Assembly (NCBI GenBank): GCA_022813965.1
Contig: JALDZS010000042.1
Coordinates: 62,001 to 126,000 of the forward strand
Reading direction: 5' to 3'
Source: Toensbergia leucococca
Lineage: Eukaryota
Length of the DNA: 64,000 nucleotides
The notes below the pieces were generated by a model that was not told the DNA's origin, made no database searches, and worked only from the letters and a program-made list of their open reading frames with translations. Numbering within the stretch: the stretch's first letter is position 1; each line of letters starts with the position of its first letter. This document shows positions 60,569 to 64,000 of this stretch, in pieces. The position numbers and the translations under genes are program-made.

Positions 60569-63294
60569 ATGTCAACGCCATCCAAACGACGCAAGACCAA
60601 TAGCTATCAACCTTCCCCCCAACCAGTGCGGAGCTTGGATTTCTTCTTCGCCAAACAGAACCAAGCACTGCCATCTAAAGAGCAAACCCATCAGACGACC
60701 GACACTGATGCTGTGACCGAAAATTCGCAGGAAAAGGCTGATCATGATCAATCCACTGAGACCTTGACCGACGAGCAGCTAGCCCGAAAGTTGCAACAAG
60801 AATGGAATGAAGAAAATCAAAGTAGTGATGGGAAGGAAGCCGTGGTAGAGGATTCCAAACTTGCTCCAGTTCACACCGCAATCCATGTCAGCTCCATCAA
60901 GTCTAAGAGTGTCATTCCATTAGAGCGAAAGGCGTCACCCAACCAGAGTCGGAACGCTGTTGATGTTCAAGCTCGGGAAGATAGTAAGATAGACCTCGAT
61001 AATGGCAGAAAGGCGACTTTGACACTGCAGTCAGCCGTTTCAGCGGAGGATGTTATCTGCTCAACTATACCATTCGATGAAAATCCACTAACATTCAAAC
61101 CCTCGGATTACCTTCCGCTTCTGAAGAAGCACTGGGCGGTAGAGAATGGTGATGCGTCTTATGCGCTGCTTACAAGATGCTTTATCCTTGTCAATAGTAC
61201 TCAGAGTCGTATCAAGATTGTTGATACCTTGGTGAATTTGGTGAGGACCATTATTGAGGGTCACCCCGACAGTCTATTACCTGCGGTAAGACTCTCCTCA
61301 AAGAGTAGGTGCATCTTACTTTGCTGAAATGTAATTAGGTGTGGCTGGCTACGAATTCCATATCACCTCCATATGTATCTTTGGAATTAGGCCTTGGCGG
61401 CTCGTCAATCTCAAAAGCATTGAAAAACGTTTGCGGTCTTGACAGCGCTGGACTGAAGACTCTCTACGATAAACATGGAGATGCAGGAGATGTTGCCTTC
61501 GAAGCTAAAAAACGACAAAGCTTCACCCTTCGTAAGCCAAAGCCGCTGTCTATCATAGGTGTGTATCAGAGTCTTGCCAAAATCGCCAATAGTAAGGGTA
61601 ATGGCAGTCAAGAGATTAAGCAGAGGATTGTGGAGCGATTGTTACAAGATGCTCAAGGCGCCGAGGAGAGCAGGTACATTGTCAGGACACTGGCACAACA
61701 TCTAAGAATTGGGGCTGTCAAGACTACTATGCTTATCGCTCTTTCTCGAGCTTTCATGCTCTCACGACCGCCAAATACCGACTTTCCAATTCGAATGCAG
61801 TCGGAATTGGTCGAATTAAAAAAAGAAGCTCTTTCAGAAATATATGCAAAGGGGGAAGAATTAGTCAAAGCTTGCTTTGCTCGACGACCAAATTATAATG
61901 ACCTTGTTCCGTGTCTTCTCGAGGTCGGTATCTCCGACGAGCTTCTAGTGCGATGCGGACTGGCACTTCATATACCTCTGCGACCAATGTTAGGCAGCAT
62001 CACCCGAGATCTTGGCGAGATGCTCATAAAACTTCAGGGACGTGACTTTAGTTGCGAATACAAGTATGACGGGCAACGAGCTCAGGTTCATTGCGATGAA
62101 ACAGGCAATGTTTCGATTTTCTCGAGGCATTTAGAAGTCATGACCGACAAATATCCGGATCTCGTTGCTCTAGTACCCAAAATTAGGGGCGAAGGAGTTA
62201 GCAGCTTTATTTTAGAAGGAGAGGTTGTCGCTGTCGATCGTGAATCGGGAGACCTGAAGGCTTTTCAGACCCTTACCAACCGAGCTAGGAAAGACGTCGC
62301 CATCAGCTCCATCAAAGTCGATGTCTGCCTTTTCTCATTCGACTTAATGTATCTTAACGGAGAGGAGCTATTGGATAGGTCATTTCGCGAACGGCGGGAA
62401 CTTCTGCGTAGTCTTTTTATCGAAATTCCTAATCAGTTCACCTGGGTCCAGAATATAGATGCTACGTCTTCCGACTCAGAGACTGTTCTTGAATTCTTTA
62501 AAAGCGCTACGAATATCAAGTGTGAAGGTATCATGGTTAAGATCCTCGATAATGTCTCCAACGCAGCCTTGCATCTACCAGCGGAGAACGAAGAAATCCC
62601 TATCGAATCTCGTATGCCCACGCCTTCCAAATCCAACAGAAAGACCAAAATCAAGGCTTCGGCTGCCGAGAAGTCGCAAGAAAAAGAAAAGCACACCCGC
62701 CGTAAAGCTCTTCTTTCCACTTATGAGCCAGACAAACGTCTCGACTCATGGCTCAAGGTGAAGAAAGACTACAACACCGCTGCAGATACACTTGACCTCA
62801 TCCCTATTGCTGCGTGGCATGGACAAGGCCGAAAAGCCAAATGGTGGTCGCCGATTCTTTTGGCAGTGCGGAACCCTGACACAGGTTTTTTGAGTGCGGT
62901 CACAAAATGCATCAGTGGTTTTACGGATAAATTCTATCAGGCCAACAAGGAGAAATACGCCGAAGGAAGTGAAAACATTATATCTCGGCCGGGATACGTA
63001 GATTACAACGGTCATCCAGATGTTTGGTTTGAACCGCAGGAAGTGTGGGAGATGGCGTTTGCAGATATCACCAAGAGCCCTACATATCCGGCTGCGATGG
63101 GACTGGTGTGCGAAGACCGGGGATTAAGCATGAGATTTCCAAGATTTCTCAAAGTTCGAGAGGATAAAAGCATCGAGGAAGCAAGTACTGCCGATTTCCT
63201 GGCAGGTCTATGGAGAAAGCAAGAGGCAAGAGTCAAATCTGGTGATCGGCCTAGCCCTTCGACTAACGTTATGGGGGATGATGAAGATGATTGA
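60569..63294 (+). CDS. ATP-dependent DNA ligase, ligase I family (second fungal paralogue, Adl1-like), 2 exons
   Basis: CEYKYDGQRAQVH (adenylation motif I), FILEGEVV, FDLMYLNG, CEGIMVK, WLKVKKDY, RFPRFLKVREDK. Intron 61286-61338. Confidence 0.92.
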
Positions 63295-64000
63295 AGATAC
63301 AAACAAGAAAATCCATAGTCGAGGCTGAGAGGTTGTTCGGATTTAAATACCGGAAGCGTGACTGACACTTATGCTGAATGTAAATACGCTACCCACGGAG
63401 ATTCCAAAATACCATATGACAATCACAAATACAATATAGAAGGCTTGATTACCAAATCCGTGCATGAGTATGTTATGGTATTTTGAGACTCGTCAGAAAT
63501 TGTCCAGATTGGGCAAGCCTCACCATTCGAACATGAGGGAGGGAAGGGTTTTGGCCAGACTTCAGGGGGCGGATGTTAGTTTCATGCGGAATAAGCGAGT
63601 TTCGTATGGCTCATTGATTGCTGACAGCTTACGGAGTAGAATACTCTGTATTATCCGTGCGCCGTACGGTTATGATCTTAGAATTACCTTAAGGTCATAC
63701 CTTAGGTAGGTACCTATGTACCTTACTCATATTTTGATGTGGGTTACGTTTAATTACATCAGAAGCTCAATAGTACCTATTCTATTTAAAGGTGGAGAAC
63801 CAATGAATCGTCAATGCCATCCGGAAACTGGTATTCGGTATCTACCTATGCGATTGCGGGGAGGTCTTGGCCCATTTAGTGGCAACGCCAAGCAATCTGC
63901 CCTGCAGCGTCTAAATAGACAGTAGTCCTTCGTAGGCACGGGTACTAGAACAGTACCTCGTCCGGAATTCCTCTGCTCTTGCTGTCCACCCATTATCCAA

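Overview
A gene-dense window from a filamentous ascomycete (Pezizomycotina) nuclear genome, judged from short GT/GC-AG introns with CTRAY branch points and typical fungal housekeeping genes. About 21 protein-coding loci are recognisable: BCK1-type MAPKKK, APH-like kinase, TAN1/THUMP, group II PLP decarboxylase (GAD-like, interrupted by an in-frame TAG), NOP9, FMP25, SDS23, a Zn2Cys6 factor, a YMC-type mitochondrial carrier, MRP4, COG3, CmkB, AMMECR1, a QDE-2-like Argonaute, RNA14, ASF1, a small orphan ORF, SRO7/tomosyn, pyruvate decarboxylase, TIP20/RINT-1 and a DNA ligase I-family paralogue. I found no rRNA, tRNA, CRISPR array or intact transposon. The most notable observations are: (1) a strongly structured two-hairpin RNA element with an ANANNA hinge inside a TAN1 intron; (2) a TAG-ATG interruption of an otherwise colinear decarboxylase; (3) recurring TACCTTA/TAAGGTA inverted repeats in intergenic DNA, including a perfect 22-bp palindrome; (4) a complex first intron and 5' leader in Argonaute; (5) three GC-AG introns and two micro-exons; (6) a 6.9-kb stretch with no recognisable gene. 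All product calls come from motif recognition by eye, with no database search, and exon boundaries are manual predictions.
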